From Capsulimonadales bacterium (GTDB taxonomy: Bacteria > Armatimonadota > Armatimonadia > Armatimonadales > Armatimonadaceae): a stretch of 64,000 bases of DNA. The position numbers and the translations under genes are program-made. Shown piece by piece: positions 29,478-38,000 of the stretch (position 1 is its first letter; the number at the start of each line of letters is the position of its first letter). The notes beneath the pieces were generated by a model that was not told the DNA's origin, did not search any database, and saw only the letters and a list, made by a program, of their open reading frames with translations. The stretch is taken from positions 32,001 through 96,000 of the forward strand of contig JANRLW010000064.1 in assembly GCA_033762295.1 (NCBI GenBank), read 5' to 3'.

Positions 29478-30474
29478 GAAAGTTGCCACATTAGATATCG
29501 ACGTGTTGGAGGATAATGATCGACCGAACGAGGATGCCGTCGTTTGTCCAGGCTCTTCCGAAACAGGAACACTCCCGTACGCTAAGCCCATCCTGGTCGA
29601 TTATATTTCACGTCTGCCCAAGCGCAGCCCCTTTCGTTATCCCGGGGGAAAGACCGCTTTAATCCCTGGGTTCAGACTATGGCTCAAAAGTCTCTCCCGT
29701 CGCCCGAAGGTTGTGGTCGAACCCTTTGCGGGAGGAGGCACAATGTCCTTGACAACCGTCATGGAAGATTTGGCTGACGGAGCATGGATGAACGAACTCG
29801 ATCCGACCATCAGTGCTTTTTGGAAAGCTACCTTGAACCCGGAGGAGGCTGAATGGCTTGCCAAACGCATATTAAACTTTGAGGTCAATACCGAGAGCGT
29901 TGAAGCAGAATTGCGTCGTACAACGACTACTCAGCGCGAGATCGCCTTTCAAACCCTTCTCCGAAATCGGACGAACCGCGGTGGACTGATGACACCAAAT
30001 AGCCGATCGCTTCGCAAAGGTGAAAATGGTCGGGGAGTCCGATCGCGTTGGTATGCAGAGACGCTTTCTGCACGGATTCGAGATATTGCGGCCGTTCGAG
30101 AGAAGATAACGTTTACGACCGGTGACGGAGTTGCCATAATTTCCAAGCACTTGGAGGAAATAGGTATGGCGTGGTTCATCGATCCTCCTTATTCTGTCGG
30201 AGGCAAAAAGGCAGGGGATAGGCTATATAACCATTCCGGCGTCGACCATGAGGCGCTTTTCCTCTATGTGTCCCGTCTCGTTGGTCCATGGTTAATGACA
30301 TATGACGACGCTCCTGAAGTTCGTAAATTGGCACAATGTTTTGGTTTCGAAATCGAACCGGTCGTACTTCGAAACTCCCACAATCGAAATTCGGGTGAAT
30401 TACTCATCGCCTGGAACCTTTCTTGGGCAAGAGGGCAAGACGCTTGCAGCAAGTTGCCGCGCCCTATCGGATAA
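29476..30474 (+). CDS. DNA adenine methyltransferase, D12/Dam-like alpha class
   Basis: SPFRYPGGKT, VEPFAGGG (motif I), NELD, FIDPPY (motif IV), MTYD. Confidence 0.92.
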   Translation: MKVATLDIDVLEDNDRPNEDAVVCPGSSETGTLPYAKPILVDYISRLPKRSPFRYPGGKTALIPGFRLWLKSLSRRPKVVVEPFAGGGTMSLTTVMEDLADGAWMNELDPTISAFWKATLNPEEAEWLAKRILNFEVNTESVEAELRRTTTTQREIAFQTLLRNRTNRGGLMTPNSRSLRKGENGRGVRSRWYAETLSARIRDIAAVREKITFTTGDGVAIISKHLEEIGMAWFIDPPYSVGGKKAGDRLYNHSGVDHEALFLYVSRLVGPWLMTYDDAPEVRKLAQCFGFEIEPVVLRNSHNRNSGELLIAWNLSWARGQDACSKLPRPIG

Positions 30475-30539
30475 GCCATATTAACATGCCCAATAACCGT
30501 ATCGGAAATAGCATATGACCATAGCTCAAATGTTCCCGA

Positions 30540-30756
30540 TGCACGAGGCGCAAAACGCTCCGCCGATCGGTATGGAGTCCGTCCGGACCGGGCGCAACCA
30601 CCCCGGCGAACCGGTCAGGGTTTGAGGTAGGGGGCGAGGACCTGCGTCCAGAGTTTGTACCCCTCCGGCGAAAGGTGAAGCCGGTCCGCGACGTACAGTT
30701 CCGGACGTGGCTCACCGTTCTCCCCGAGCATCGGGGTATGGACGTCCACGAACGCC
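30540..30756 (+). repeat. 217-bp direct repeat, copy 2 (right island flank)
   Basis: Matches 25614-25830 with 1 mismatch. Confidence 0.96.
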
Positions 30757-31334
30757 ATGTTTTTTTGCGTCCCGATCCAGTCGGCGATGTTTTTGTTGGC
30801 CGCTTGAATCCGATCCTGAAACTTCCACCGGGACGGACTCGGCTTGATCGCCAGATAGAGGATCTTCGCTTCCGGCAGAGCCGACCGGATCTTCAAAGCG
30901 AACGTTTGAAAATCCCCGGTCACCTGCGCCGACGTATGACCGGCGGCGATGTCGTTGTCCCCGGCGTAGAGAACCACCGTCTTCGGGGCGTAGGGAAGAA
31001 CGATCCGGGCGGCGTAGAAGGTCGAGTCCGGAATGTGGGAACCGCCGAACCCGCGATTGATCGTCGGCAGTCCGGGGAAGTCGGTGGCCAGCGTCTTCCA
31101 TTGAACGATCGACGAGGAACCGACGAACAGAATGCCGCCCGGCGGGGGCGTTCCCTTTTCCCGGTCCGCCGTCTCAAAGGCGACGATGGCCTTTTCCCAG
31201 AGGGCGGTCCGCTCGGGGTACGATTGCGGTTCGGACTTCGGGGGCGCGGTCGATTGCGCAAGGGCGGGAACCGTCGCGCCGAGAGTCAGGACGGACAGGA
31301 CGACCAGGGTCCTGCGAAAAAAACAGGTTTGCAT
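30615..31334 (-). CDS. secreted GDSL/SGNH hydrolase
   Basis: Signal peptide, FVGSSSI, NRGFGGS, YAGDND, DRLHL. Confidence 0.9.
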   Translation of the reverse strand: MQTCFFRRTLVVLSVLTLGATVPALAQSTAPPKSEPQSYPERTALWEKAIVAFETADREKGTPPPGGILFVGSSSIVQWKTLATDFPGLPTINRGFGGSHIPDSTFYAARIVLPYAPKTVVLYAGDNDIAAGHTSAQVTGDFQTFALKIRSALPEAKILYLAIKPSPSRWKFQDRIQAANKNIADWIGTQKNMAFVDVHTPMLGENGEPRPELYVADRLHLSPEGYKLWTQVLAPYLKP

Positions 31335-31347
31335 CTACCGGAGCCTA

Positions 31348-32007
31348 TCACGATTTGTCGCTCAGATACCAGGGTTTCGTCCCGTGGACGACGGTCACGG
31401 TCTCAGGCGGCGAGACGACCGGCGGGCGAACGACCGGTGGCGTCGGCACTGGGACCGTGGCGCGGGGGGGCAGAGTCGCGTCCGGGACGTAGTAGGTGCG
31501 AAACGCTTCCAGAAATTGCTGCAGGTCACCGGCGTTCAGGCGTCCGTTCGGAAGGACGTACGCGGTGGTCGAACCGATGAACAGAAACGTATGATCCGCC
31601 GTTGCCTCGATCCTCTCGAACGCGCCCCAGGCAAGGCGTGTCTCCTGATATTTCGTCCGGACGATCAGACCCTCCGGAACGACCTCCAGTTCGTGTTCGG
31701 TGAACAAACGGCGGTTTCCCGGCTCCGAGTACAGCTGACGGACCATTTCCTGTACCGATCGGCGATATTGACGCGACGACTTCCAGGCGAAGATTGCGGC
31801 GTAAAGGAGCGGCAGCAGAAGGACGAGCGGCGACAGGCTCAGAGGTTCGAGCAGAATCGTCAACAGAAGGAACGAGAGAAGGGAAGCGAGGATCGCTCCG
31901 GTCAGACGGTAGCGTTGGCGCGCCCGGCGAAGCGTCGGGGATTGTTCGTGGTTGTAATCGCTGAGGGCCACAATATCGTCGATCGTATTGGAAAATCGCA
32001 ATTTCAC
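31348..32007 (-). CDS. YcxB-like membrane protein
   Basis: Two TM helices then GL.V...E.RLAW...TADHTFLF...AYVLP; GTG start. Confidence 0.72.
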   Translation of the reverse strand: MKLRFSNTIDDIVALSDYNHEQSPTLRRARQRYRLTGAILASLLSFLLLTILLEPLSLSPLVLLLPLLYAAIFAWKSSRQYRRSVQEMVRQLYSEPGNRRLFTEHELEVVPEGLIVRTKYQETRLAWGAFERIEATADHTFLFIGSTTAYVLPNGRLNAGDLQQFLEAFRTYYVPDATLPPRATVPVPTPPVVRPPVVSPPETVTVVHGTKPWYLSDKS

Positions 32008-32058
32008 GGAGTGCCTCTCGCGTCGGGCGTCGGATGGCTCATTGTACAGGATTACCTC

Positions 32059-32688
32059 GTGACTACCAACGGAGCAAATCAGGTACAACAGTGTATGGAA
32101 CTGCTGACGTTCGGCCTGAACGCCTGGAAATCGGAACCGGCGATGCGGATCGAGGACGCCTACAAATGGCTGTTCCATGCGGTCCGCGGTGGCGAACATG
32201 CGGTCACCGACCCGGATGGGCCGCGCCGCTGGCTCGACCGGGAGTGGCTGACGCTGGACGGACCGTTTCCGAACGAACCGCTGGTGGTTGCGCTGCGTCC
32301 GGACCGGGCGATCGTCCGACTGAACCTTCGACCTTACCGGGCGCGCGGGGGCGGCCGGGAGCGACTTCTGCAAGCGTTCGTCCGAAGCGCGCACGGATTC
32401 CGGGGGGAAGCGGCCACCTTTGCCACCGTCTGGCGCGAACTGGGTCGGACTTTGGAACGGGGCGACCGGGGCGCATTGACCGCCGCAGAGTGGCGGCGTT
32501 GCGACCGGGAGACCGCCCCCGATCACTACCCTGCGCTCCACCATAGCGAACACTACGAGAAGATCCGGAAGCCCGCCTACCGTGTGCTGACGGCGACGGA
32601 GGCGGCAACACTGTCCGCTTCCCTGCGTCCGTCCGGAATCGGCAGGAGCGGGGAGGGCAAAGCGGCCTCCGGACGATACACTCCCTGA
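32059..32688 (+). CDS. conserved hypothetical protein
   Basis: EDAYKWLF...GGEH, VRLNLRPY, HHSEHY...PAYRV; upstream of the dehydrogenase. Confidence 0.65.
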   Translation: MTTNGANQVQQCMELLTFGLNAWKSEPAMRIEDAYKWLFHAVRGGEHAVTDPDGPRRWLDREWLTLDGPFPNEPLVVALRPDRAIVRLNLRPYRARGGGRERLLQAFVRSAHGFRGEAATFATVWRELGRTLERGDRGALTAAEWRRCDRETAPDHYPALHHSEHYEKIRKPAYRVLTATEAATLSASLRPSGIGRSGEGKAASGRYTP

Positions 32689-32700
32689 CAGGAGAAAACG

Positions 32701-33693
32701 ATGCGCGTTTTTGTTTTCAGCACCCGACCCTATGATCGTGACGCTCTGGAGAAGGCCAACGGCGGCCAGCATGAACTGACCTTCTCACCGGTCTCGCTGG
32801 ACGAACAGACGGCCGCACTGGCGAAGGGCTACGAAGCCGTCTGCCTGTTCGTCAATGACCGGGCGGACGTCGGGACACTGGCCAAACTGGCCGAGGGGGG
32901 CGTCCGGATGATTGCCCAGCGGTCCACCGGTTTCAACAATATCGACCTCGAAGCGGCACACCGACACGGAATCAAGGCGTTCCGTGTCGGGTACTACTCG
33001 CCGTACGCCGTCGCCGAACATGCCGTCGCCCTCCTTCAGACCCTCAACCGACGAACCCATCGCGCCTTCAACCGCGTCCGGGAGAATAACTTCCTTCTGG
33101 ATGGCCTGGTCGGACGCGACATCCACGGGCGAACCGTCGGCATTCTCGGAACAGGGAAGATCGGGACGGTCTTCGCCCGGATCATGAAGGGGTTCGGCTG
33201 CACACTCCTCGGTTACGATGTCGCGCCGAACCCGCAGTGTCTCGAACTGGGCGTGTCCTATGTTCCGGTCGAGGAACTGGCGGCGCGCGCCGATATTCTG
33301 AGTCTGCATCTGCCCCTGACCCCGGAAACGCATCATATCATCAACGCCGACGTACTGAATCGGACGAAACCGGGCGTGTTTCTGATCAATACGAGCCGGG
33401 GCAAACTGATCGACACGGACGCGCTGATCGACGCCCTGAGGACCGGGCATATCGGCGCGGTCGGCCTCGATGTCTATGAGGAGGAGGAGAGTCTGTTCTT
33501 CCGTGATTTTTCGCAGGACTACGTGCGTGATGACCGGTTCACCCGCCTCCTGTCGTTTCCCTCCGTGCTGGTGACCGCCCATCAGGCGTTCCTGACCGAG
33601 GAGGCTCTGGCGACGATCGCCCGAACGACCCTGCAAAACCTCTCGGACTTCGCCGAGAATCGCGATAACGAGAACCTCCTGCCGCCGCGATAG
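32701..33693 (+). CDS. ldhA: D-lactate / 2-hydroxyacid dehydrogenase
   Basis: VCLFVND, YSPYAVAEHA, GTGKIG, INTSRG, LDVYEEE, TAHQAFLT. Confidence 0.9.
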   Translation: MRVFVFSTRPYDRDALEKANGGQHELTFSPVSLDEQTAALAKGYEAVCLFVNDRADVGTLAKLAEGGVRMIAQRSTGFNNIDLEAAHRHGIKAFRVGYYSPYAVAEHAVALLQTLNRRTHRAFNRVRENNFLLDGLVGRDIHGRTVGILGTGKIGTVFARIMKGFGCTLLGYDVAPNPQCLELGVSYVPVEELAARADILSLHLPLTPETHHIINADVLNRTKPGVFLINTSRGKLIDTDALIDALRTGHIGAVGLDVYEEEESLFFRDFSQDYVRDDRFTRLLSFPSVLVTAHQAFLTEEALATIARTTLQNLSDFAENRDNENLLPPR

Positions 33694-33765
33694 CCGGGGC
33701 CTGCAACCCGCCGCCGCCGATCCGGGTCCCATGAGAAGGTAGGCCCCGTAGAGGAAGGAGTAGTG

Positions 33766-34272
33766 ATGAAATTTCCGATACATCCGTTATCCGTGTATCT
33801 GGCGGCGATCGGTCTGGCGGTTGGCCAGGTGCTTTACTACTTCCCGTTATTGCCGGACACCCTCGCCAGCCATTTCGGTCCGAACGGAACGGCGGACGGC
33901 TGGATGGGGAAGGCGGCGTTTATGACGTTCTACCTGACCCTGCTTCTCGTGGTTGCCGCGGTGTTGGCCGGGGTCGGACTGCTGATGACGAAACTGCCCG
34001 TCGATATGATCAACCTGCCGAACCGAGAGTACTGGCTCGCCCCGGAACGACGGGCGCGGACACAGGGGATACTTCAGGAACGGATGACCTGGTTTGGCGC
34101 AGCCACCCTTATCTTCCTGATCGCGATGATGCAGCTGACATTCCTGGCGAACCTGGGGGCCGAACCGCGCCTTGACAATCGCGCGATGATTGCGACCATC
34201 GGCTACCTGGTCTTTACGATGTTCCGGACGATCGGCCTGATTGCGAGTTTCTCCCGGGTACCCGACCGCTAG
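33766..34272 (+). CDS. DUF1648 (SdpI-like N-domain) membrane protein
   Basis: LPDTLASHFGPNGTADGW, NLPNREYW, 4 TM helices. Confidence 0.8.
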   Translation: MKFPIHPLSVYLAAIGLAVGQVLYYFPLLPDTLASHFGPNGTADGWMGKAAFMTFYLTLLLVVAAVLAGVGLLMTKLPVDMINLPNREYWLAPERRARTQGILQERMTWFGAATLIFLIAMMQLTFLANLGAEPRLDNRAMIATIGYLVFTMFRTIGLIASFSRVPDR

Positions 34273-34295
34273 CTTGCTGGCGACCGTGCGAGGTG

Positions 34296-34304
34296 TGTTA
34301 TAAT
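34296..34304 (+). promoter_or_regulatory. extended -10 promoter element
   Basis: TGtTATAAT upstream of the TPR/M50 genes, followed by hairpin 34305-34329. Confidence 0.5.
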
Positions 34305-34443
34305 GAGCCGGAAGCCACGCTTCCGGCTCGTCAATCGTTACGTATTCCGAAATAGCCTCTCATCTCTTCTATCTTCGGAACCCATTCGTTCATCATTCAG
34401 GGCTCGGTAGCCCGGCATCGCCCCTGATTCAGGAGACTGCGCC

Positions 34444-35577
34444 ATGTCCGTTCCGCCTTTTAACGTCGGCAATCGCGTTCAAGAAGCCATGCGTCTGTTG
34501 CAGTCCGGCAATGCCGACAGCGCGGTCGCGATCCTCGAAACCGAGATCCGGGAAAACCCTCAGAACGGCACCGCGTTCCAGTATCTGGGCGTCGCCCGCG
34601 CTCAGACGGGAGATGTCGGCGGCGGGATCATGGCCTTGCGCGAGGCCATCCGCCTGATGCCCGGCAACAGCGCCGTCCATTACAACCTCGGTGTCGCTCT
34701 GGCGCAGGCCAAACAGGTGGAGGAGGCGCGACCGATCCTCGAAAAGGCGTACGCGCTCGATCCGGGGAATGATCGGGTCCGGGCGGCGCTCGAAAAACTC
34801 GGCTTTCCGGTGCCGTCGCCGAGAATGCCCGCGCCCGCCGTCGACACGGGCCGTACGGCCGTTTTCGATCTGGGGATCGATACGCCGGCGCCTCCCGTCC
34901 CGATGCCTCCGCCTCCCGCCCCTGCGCCTCCCCCGGCGTCCCTCCTCGGAACGATCGGCGGGGGCGCGTACAACTCGCCCCCCTCCGCCGCACCCGCCCC
35001 GCCGGCCCCGCCCGCGTACGGACCGCCGCCGTCGTACGGACCGCCACCGTCATACGGACCGCCGGCGCATGGTTCGTTGCCGGCCGCCGCTTCCACCGGG
35101 TTGGGTGGAGATGCGGTCGCCGGAGGGATGTACGTACCGCCCGCGGCCGTCACCTCGCAGATGATGGGTCGCGAACCCAGTGCCGGGGAGCGGATCGGTC
35201 GCGGGCTTGGCTGGGGCGCACTTTTCGGACAGTGGTGGACCCTGTGGATCATGGTGTCCGTCTTCCTTTTCCGGGGGCTGTTCGGTCAGACCTCGATGCC
35301 CGTGTTCCTCATCATGACCGCGCTTCTCGTTCTTCTCTTTGCCGTGGTCGGAGGCGTCACCGGCCTGATCATCGGTATTACGAATGCCGATGATGAAGGC
35401 GGCGCGATGATCGGTATCGGAGCCGGTATCCTCTGCTTCATCGTCGAAACGGCCATTACGCTGATGGGCGGCGGCTTTTCCTTCGGGATCATCATCAACG
35501 CGATCTGGTGGTTCTTCACCGGACGCTTCGTCGGCGCGAACGTCGGACGCCGGGTTCAGGAACGGATCGGCGTCTGA
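34444..35577 (+). CDS. TPR + proline-rich linker + 4-TM membrane protein
   Basis: TPR motifs (YLGVA, HYNLGVALA), PPPSYG repeats, C-terminal TM helices. Confidence 0.8.
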   Translation: MSVPPFNVGNRVQEAMRLLQSGNADSAVAILETEIRENPQNGTAFQYLGVARAQTGDVGGGIMALREAIRLMPGNSAVHYNLGVALAQAKQVEEARPILEKAYALDPGNDRVRAALEKLGFPVPSPRMPAPAVDTGRTAVFDLGIDTPAPPVPMPPPPAPAPPPASLLGTIGGGAYNSPPSAAPAPPAPPAYGPPPSYGPPPSYGPPAHGSLPAAASTGLGGDAVAGGMYVPPAAVTSQMMGREPSAGERIGRGLGWGALFGQWWTLWIMVSVFLFRGLFGQTSMPVFLIMTALLVLLFAVVGGVTGLIIGITNADDEGGAMIGIGAGILCFIVETAITLMGGGFSFGIIINAIWWFFTGRFVGANVGRRVQERIGV

Positions 35578-35605
35578 AACAGGAACGGAGCGAAATCGAG
35601 CCGGA

Positions 35606-37930
35606 ATGACCTGTCTTGCCTGTGAGCGACAAAACCTGCCCGGCGGGATTCGCTGCGCCTATTGCGGCGCGTACCTGCCGCAGGCCCTGGAATTTGATCT
35701 CGGAGAAACGGCAGGAACGCCGCCCGCCGCGAAGGGTACGCCGATCGCTGAGCCGGTTCCCCTGACCGGAAGCGGCCAGGCGATGGTAAAGGCTGTCGGC
35801 TGGATCACCCCGATCGTCCTTGTTGCCACGAAGCTGAAATCGATTCTCGCGTTACTCAAACTGCAGAAAATCGCCACCACGCTGATCTCGATGTTTGTTT
35901 TCATCTGGGCGGATGCACTGCTTTTTGGCTGGAAGTTCGGTGCCGGGATCGCTATTTCCATCTTCATTCACGAGATGGGACACGTCTATGTCAACTGGCG
36001 CTACAAACTGCCGCAGTCCGCGCCGGTCTTCATTCCATTTCTCGGGGCGGCGATCTTCCTGAAGAATTTCCCGGATAATCCGCAAATCCAGTCCGAGAGC
36101 GGCGCGGGCGGACCAATCGCCGGATTTCTCGCCGCCATCGGGTGTTACCTGATCTACCTGGGAACGAAGGACCCCTTCTGGCTGGCGCTCGCGCATACCG
36201 GCTTTGCCATTAACCTGTTCAACCTGATTCCGTTTCCCCCACTGGACGGTTCACATATCCAGACCGTATTTTCACCCGGTCTTCGGAATCTGGTTCTGAT
36301 CCTGATGCTGCTCTGGGTGATCAAGATTCCGGCAGGGATTCTCTGGGTGATCCTGATCGGCAGCGTCCTGGTGCGTTTCTCGCAGCCGGAGTCCGATCGT
36401 TACCGTCTCGCCCGGCCCGCCGTACGCGCCCGGATGGCCGCGATCTACCTGGCGATGTGTCTGCCGATGAGCTGGGCGGCGGAACAGACCACGGTCAGTC
36501 GGACCCGTGCCTCCGCTCCCCCGGTCACCGTCGCCGCGCCGCAGGAACGAGGAACCGCCGGGACGCCGGATCGCCCGCCGGAGGATTTGCAGCGGATCGT
36601 TAAGGAGGCGGAGCGGCGGCGGCAGATCGATTACGGTCGTCGCTGGAAGCAAAGTCGCCTTTTCCTGCCTGTCAACCTGGCGGCTGCCATGGTCGGAATC
36701 GGCCTGTGGACGGCGTCGGTCGGGCTGTTGCTGGCAAGGCGTCGGCGCGGGTGGACCCCGGCGGACGGACGCTTCGTCCTCGGTATGGCCGCTCTGTTCC
36801 CTCTGACCTGCGCCGGGGCGTATGTCGTGGCAAGACCCCTGGCGGAGCAATGGCAGATTCTGGGGGCGTACCTTCTCGGTACGGCCGGCGCGTTCGCCTA
36901 TACGGTCTACCTGCGCGTTCTGGGACGAGATGCCGGAGAAACGATGGGCGCATTGCGAACCCGTCTTCTCGGCGTTTTTGCTTTCGGCGTTTTCCTGATG
37001 GGATATGGCGCGAACCATCCGGGAATCCTCGCCGTCTGCGCTCTGGGAATCGTCATCTTCTTCGCTCTGCATCGCTGGCAGGTTCCGGCGACGCTCGGGC
37101 GGATCGCCGAACGGTCCGAGGACACGGCGAAGGCGATCAAGGAGTACGAACGGGCGGTGACCGCTTGCCCGGACGTGGAGGAACAGGCGGTCCTGCGCAC
37201 GAAAATCGCCCGGCTAAATCTCCAACTCTATCGGGGAAGCGCAGCGCTTGCCGCCTTCGAAAAAATCGACCGAAGTCCGCAACAGGAGGAGAGGGCCGGT
37301 ATGGCTCGCCTGGGAGAGAACTACGAAAAGGCCCAGGCATACGGCTTAACCGACCGGTTCGAGGAGGGACTCGCCCTGTGCGAGAGATCGCTTCACGAGG
37401 CCGCAGCCGATCCGGTCCGCTCCGCCGCCCTGGTGCCGGTAGCGCTGGCCTACACCCATCTGACACTGGCGCATTACGCCCTGCTGCGCGGCTGGCACGA
37501 TGAAGCGATCGTGCAGATCGACTGGTGCCTGGGGGCGCTCTCCGCTTCGTCGGTGACTCTGCGGGCCACCCTGCATCTCTTCAAAGCGGAAGCCCTGGCG
37601 GCGCAGGCAGCGGAGGGCGGAGAAACCGAAAGGCACGAACGTCTGCTCAGGGCGGAGGAGGAGTGCCGTCTGGGCGCCGAACGGAACCATGGCGCGATCG
37701 GTCAGGCGCATGTTGCGACGGTGCGCGCACAGATCGCCCGTGGGCGTAAGGACGAACCCACCGCGCAATCGGAGGCGAAAAAGGCCCTTCGTCTGGCGCC
37801 GGAGCATCTTGCCTGTCGCTACTGGTACGGGCGACTGGTCGACGGGGAGGCATCGCGAAGTCTGGCCGTCGAGTTCCCCGAGGACCATTTCGGGCGTCTG
37901 GCCGTGAAAGAAAACGCCCCCGCCGCATAA
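35606..37930 (+). CDS. site-2 protease (M50) with N-terminal Zn ribbon, extra TM domain and C-terminal TPR-like region
   Basis: CLAC...CAYC, IHEMGH, GGP, NLFNLIPFPPLDG. Confidence 0.87.
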   Translation: MTCLACERQNLPGGIRCAYCGAYLPQALEFDLGETAGTPPAAKGTPIAEPVPLTGSGQAMVKAVGWITPIVLVATKLKSILALLKLQKIATTLISMFVFIWADALLFGWKFGAGIAISIFIHEMGHVYVNWRYKLPQSAPVFIPFLGAAIFLKNFPDNPQIQSESGAGGPIAGFLAAIGCYLIYLGTKDPFWLALAHTGFAINLFNLIPFPPLDGSHIQTVFSPGLRNLVLILMLLWVIKIPAGILWVILIGSVLVRFSQPESDRYRLARPAVRARMAAIYLAMCLPMSWAAEQTTVSRTRASAPPVTVAAPQERGTAGTPDRPPEDLQRIVKEAERRRQIDYGRRWKQSRLFLPVNLAAAMVGIGLWTASVGLLLARRRRGWTPADGRFVLGMAALFPLTCAGAYVVARPLAEQWQILGAYLLGTAGAFAYTVYLRVLGRDAGETMGALRTRLLGVFAFGVFLMGYGANHPGILAVCALGIVIFFALHRWQVPATLGRIAERSEDTAKAIKEYERAVTACPDVEEQAVLRTKIARLNLQLYRGSAALAAFEKIDRSPQQEERAGMARLGENYEKAQAYGLTDRFEEGLALCERSLHEAAADPVRSAALVPVALAYTHLTLAHYALLRGWHDEAIVQIDWCLGALSASSVTLRATLHLFKAEALAAQAAEGGETERHERLLRAEEECRLGAERNHGAIGQAHVATVRAQIARGRKDEPTAQSEAKKALRLAPEHLACRYWYGRLVDGEASRSLAVEFPEDHFGRLAVKENAPAA

Positions 37931-37940
37931 CGACGGGGGC

Positions 37941-37992
37941 GTTCGTGAGCCGGTTCGTGAGCCGGTCCGTAACCGGTTCGTGAACCGGTCCG
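37941..37992. repeat. short tandem ~12-bp repeat, about 4 units, next to a terminator hairpin
   Basis: GTTCGTGAGCCG x2, GTCCGTAACCG, GTTCGTGAACCG. Confidence 0.65.
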
Positions 37993-38000
37993 CCGTTCCT

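Larger units (their letters stand above)
25831..30539. mobile_element. 4.7-kb genomic island (NurA-like, HerA-like, Dam-like MTase) without integrase
   Basis: Bounded by 217-bp direct repeat; AT-richer than flanks. Confidence 0.88.

Noticed and set aside
29313..29591. 92-aa ORF as a controller protein of the island
   Set aside because: Overlaps the MTase antisense and has no HTH; likely spurious.
25831..30539. Island as a classical type II RM system, prophage or transposon
   Set aside because: No recognisable REase, phage gene, integrase, transposase or TIRs.
35010..35070. PPPSYG coding repeats
   Set aside because: Proline-rich linker repeat inside a CDS.
37941..37992. Tandem ~12-bp repeats as a mini CRISPR or iteron array
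   Set aside because: No spacers, units too short, no cas or rep genes; likely slippage beside a terminator.
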